The translations under genes were made by a program, and so were the position numbers. Positions 61,101-64,000 of a DNA stretch of 64,000 nucleotides are shown here, piece by piece; the first letter of the stretch is position 1, and every line of letters begins with the position of its first letter. The DNA is from Asterias rubens (Eukaryota), in contig NC_047078.1 in the NCBI RefSeq assembly GCF_902459465.1, forward strand, positions 372,001-436,000. Reading direction: 5' to 3'. A model generated the notes under the pieces. The model worked only from the letters and a program-made list of their open reading frames with translations, searched no databases and had not been told where the DNA came from.

Positions 61101-64000
61101 TGGAGCCCAGAGCCAAAACCAGGAGCCCAGAGCCTTAGTAGAAGCGTTAGCCAAGGTTTTGATGTTTTGAAAAAGGAGCTTACCTGATGGACTTGGGACA
61201 ACTGGTTGAGATGGTGCGACTGTGTGGAAAGAAAAGAAATAGGTAACTCATCAAAAAAATTACAGGATTGTCAAACATAATACCAACCCAGCACTCACAG
61301 GTATCTATAAATACACCTGGGTTACAGGAAGCAATTAATGGATTAAAGTCACTTGCATGATATTTTAAGAATCACTTTAGAAAACAAAAGTATTGAACAA
61401 AATCTTCTGATTGTAAATCTTTGTACCTTCGGTTGATGCCGATACAATCCCAAGGAAGTAAGCTCCGGTGCCGAGATCGTTTCTCCCACGTACAGTGAAC
61501 TCATAATCAGTGCTAGGGTTGAGGTTGGTCACAGTGTACGTCGTTTCTTCAGTTGGGATGACATCTACATACTGGTACTGTTGGTTTCCCTTCTGATTGA
61601 AACGAACTTGGAATGTTTGGGGCCGACCGCCGTCAAAACCTGGTTGTGAACAATAATAGTGATATTAATTTTGGTTTTACCTATACACACCGGTGTGTTA
61701 GAACTGTATACTCAGTATTTCCAAAGTTCTGTGGAAAAAAAAAATCAAAGGCATATTACTCGATGCCAATTTCCATCTATTAAAAATGTATTGAAGATTT
61801 AATTCATAATGTGCCAATTCCAAGCAAGGGCTGTTATAAGGCGCAAGACAATGTAACAAAATTAAAAAGTAAACCACTAAAAATGTCATTACACATTAGA
61901 ACAAAAACAAACAGTGTAAGGATTTTTATATTTGTATATTAAGTAGCATTAAAAAGTTTAAAATAAATGTTTACAAATTTAAAGAACATCCAAGAAAATT
62001 TGAAAAAGAAAAAACTTTACAACTCTAAAACGTTAGGCATGGAACCAATATTAATCACAGCGATTGCACATTTGTTATGATTCTTACCTGCCTTCCAGCT
62101 TAGTCTGACTGAATCATGGGTGATTTTCTCAACTCTGAGACCGAACGGTGCTTCTGGCTCACCTGAAGATAAAAGGAAAGGTAGAGATGGATGTAGGGTC
62201 CAATGTTTGGGATGTGGGTAACATTAAGTTTTTAGTCATAACAATCATTATTTTGAAATGACAATGTTCCTTACTTGTTTTTTCCAGCTGGACAGAAAAA
62301 GTAGTCTCGCCGAGGTTATTGTAAGCTTTGCAGACGTATGTCCCATAATCAAAGAGTTCATTAACAGGTCCGATGTATAAGCGACTCTCATATCGGTTGG
62401 AGTAGGTCAGATCTTGCCGAGTGTCAAAGGTGTAGTGGTCACTTGTTAAATTCACCTGAACATTAAGAAAAATGGGAAATATAGATTTAGTTGTTGCAAA
62501 CTGTTTACCAACCATAGGCAGGCCTCGAAATAACGCACAGCACCCACAGTAATTGCCGTGTGCTTTTGCTGTGGTGCCCTTTTGCAAAGTTCCAATACAA
62601 ATTTTTATTTTCCTCATAGAAGTGTCCCTTACCAGAGGGATTTGCTGTGCCCCTTCAAGAATGAAGGTATACTAGTCTTGCTCTTCATCAGCCTTTTGTA
62701 AAGTAGCCCACCGGGTTAGTTAGATGTGTGTTTTACTTGCCTCCAGGAAGTTTTAGTAATCCCAAAAATAAATGTAGAAATTATACAACACAAATTTAAA
62801 AGCGTTCTATCTGCGGGCGTCCAAGGCACTTAATTAATGTTTGGCAGACAGGTCTGCTAAGATTTGTATCTTTCTCATCAAAGCTTCTTACTGACCTGAG
62901 CTGCTCCCTGGAACCACTTGAATCTGACGACTGGTGCTCCTTCAGCTCGACAGCGTAGTACGGCCGTCTGACCGATGCTCTGTGCTACCTTGTTGGCAAC
63001 GGTCCGATCTATCTCAGGAACAACTGAAGGAAAAAATAAATACAATTTTTTTTAAACTGGCTCCCTATCTCTCAACGAATCATCTTCAAGCTGATGCTCA
63101 TTGTCCACAAAGCTCTTAATGGCAAGGCTCCCAACTATATTTCCGAACTGCTTCAAGTTTACACTCCATCAAGGAATCTTCGATCAAGTTCTATGCTTCT
63201 CCTCATTGAACCCAAATCTCGACACTCATGGGGTGACAGGTCTTTTTCTTCAGCCGCGCCACGCATCTGGAACCCTCTACCACTTAATTTTGGATCTTGT
63301 CTTTGTAGCACAAAATTCAAGTCTCTTCTCAAAATTTATCTTATGTCACAGGTTTTCAATGACTAATTTTGTTGTGTCTGTTTTTTTTCTTTGTGTTGTG
63401 TCTTGTTTTTGTTTTTGTTTTTGTTTTACTGCGCCTTGAACACCCAGCAGGGTGGATATGTGCGCATTACAAGTCTTATTATTATTATTATTATTTATTA
63501 AAGTACAGAGAGAGAAGGATGTGTTTTACTGCCACAACTCCAGTAGCATGGATGAACCTAAACATGGGAGGAGGAAACATGGAAGACACAGGGTCTTTCT
63601 CAAACCTCCGCTTTGGCTCTATGCACCGTATGATGTTCAAATCACCACCGAGTGCAAAACAAACGCTGCTCCAAAATTGTACAGGCCTAAAAGGGTTTTC
63701 TTCTTGTAGCCCCTTACCAAGAGTGGCTTTTAGCCTTGTTCAGGGCAAACTTGCATACACAAATAATAATAAATACTTACACTGTACAACAACCTGTATG
63801 TTCTTAGTAAACGCCGGCGCTATTCCATTATCAGCAGAACACGTATACAGTCCACCGTCCGCCTTAGACACATTCAAGATTCTGAGCAGAGCTTTACCCT
63901 CGGAGTATTCCATCTGATGAGCGCTGAGATCAAATCCATCACGAGTCCATGTAATGAAGCTATCTGGTTTAGGGTTAGCATCGGCCTCACACACTAACTC
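58105..64000 (-). CDS. Nephrin/Sticks-and-stones-like cell adhesion receptor (Ig domains, one FN3, TM, Tyr-rich tail), 3' part only
   Basis: Exons: 64000-63781 (runs off the window), 63023-62896, 62455-62275, 62162-62088, 61639-61427, 61219-61184, 60774 (or 60765)-60640, 60467-60422, 60137-59863, 58346-58105. Features: Ig motifs (DGGLYTC, DYGTYVC), FN3 SWKAGFDGGRPQTF, TM LYLFLLVTFLSLLSCVFLNLFLICCLV followed by KRR, and C-terminus EGFLV*. Confidence 0.85.
58424..59010. repeat. 6-bp-TSD-family MITE whose 3' half plus flank is tandemly amplified (~5 copies)
   Basis: AAGGGCACCAAGGCAA...GCAGCATCAGGCCTG(TATACACCACCTTCACTCTAC) repeats at ~105-bp spacing. Confidence 0.85.
59263..59830. repeat. 88-bp minisatellite, ~6.4 copies
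   Basis: Unit TTACAAAACCCTTAGCAACAGTCATATTAACTGGTGGCT...GAAGTATAGGACACCCT; spacing 88 (59451, 59539). Confidence 0.93.
60870..61135. repeat. Purine-rich low-complexity repeat (AGCCAGAG/AGCCCGG) in an intron
   Basis: Degenerate 6-8-bp motifs. Confidence 0.8.
63085..63496 (+). mobile_element. 3' fragment of an L2-type LINE
   Basis: Translation LIVHKALNGKAPNYISELL...RSFSSAAPRIWNPLP...FKSLLKIYL matches the typical L2 ORF2 C-terminus and is followed by a (TTA)n tail. Confidence 0.85.

Noticed and set aside
60636-61201. Ala/Leu/Gly/Trp-rich ORFs of 113-172 aa
   Set aside because: Translations of an intronic low-complexity repeat; the true TM exon uses another frame.

Overview
AT-rich, intron-containing animal genomic DNA. 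It is probably an invertebrate deuterostome such as an echinoderm; this is an inference from the gene set, intron positions and repeat families, not something the sequence proves. I reconstructed seven protein-coding genes by hand from splice sites and reading frame, and they alternate strand strictly: ARCN1/delta-COP (-), HMBS (+), ZNF511-like (-), a Cut8/Sts1-family protein (+), RPS19 (-), FDXACB1 (+) and the 3' part of a nephrin/Sns-like Ig-FN3 receptor (-) that runs off the right edge. The first six form three head-to-head pairs. Introns and intergenic DNA carry minisatellites, TTAA-flanked MITEs, a MITE family with 6-bp TSDs, tRNA-derived SINEs, a decayed LINE reverse transcriptase and one assembly gap. 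There is no CRISPR array, rRNA or convincing canonical tRNA gene. The most notable points are a Cut8/Sts1-like proteasome-tethering gene, a U12-type minor intron in HMBS, and three separate duplications of an exon 3' end plus its splice donor into the next intron. Two further candidates are unexplained structured-RNA regions: one in an RPS19 intron and one between inverted satellite arms. Family assignments come from recalled motifs; no database searches were run.
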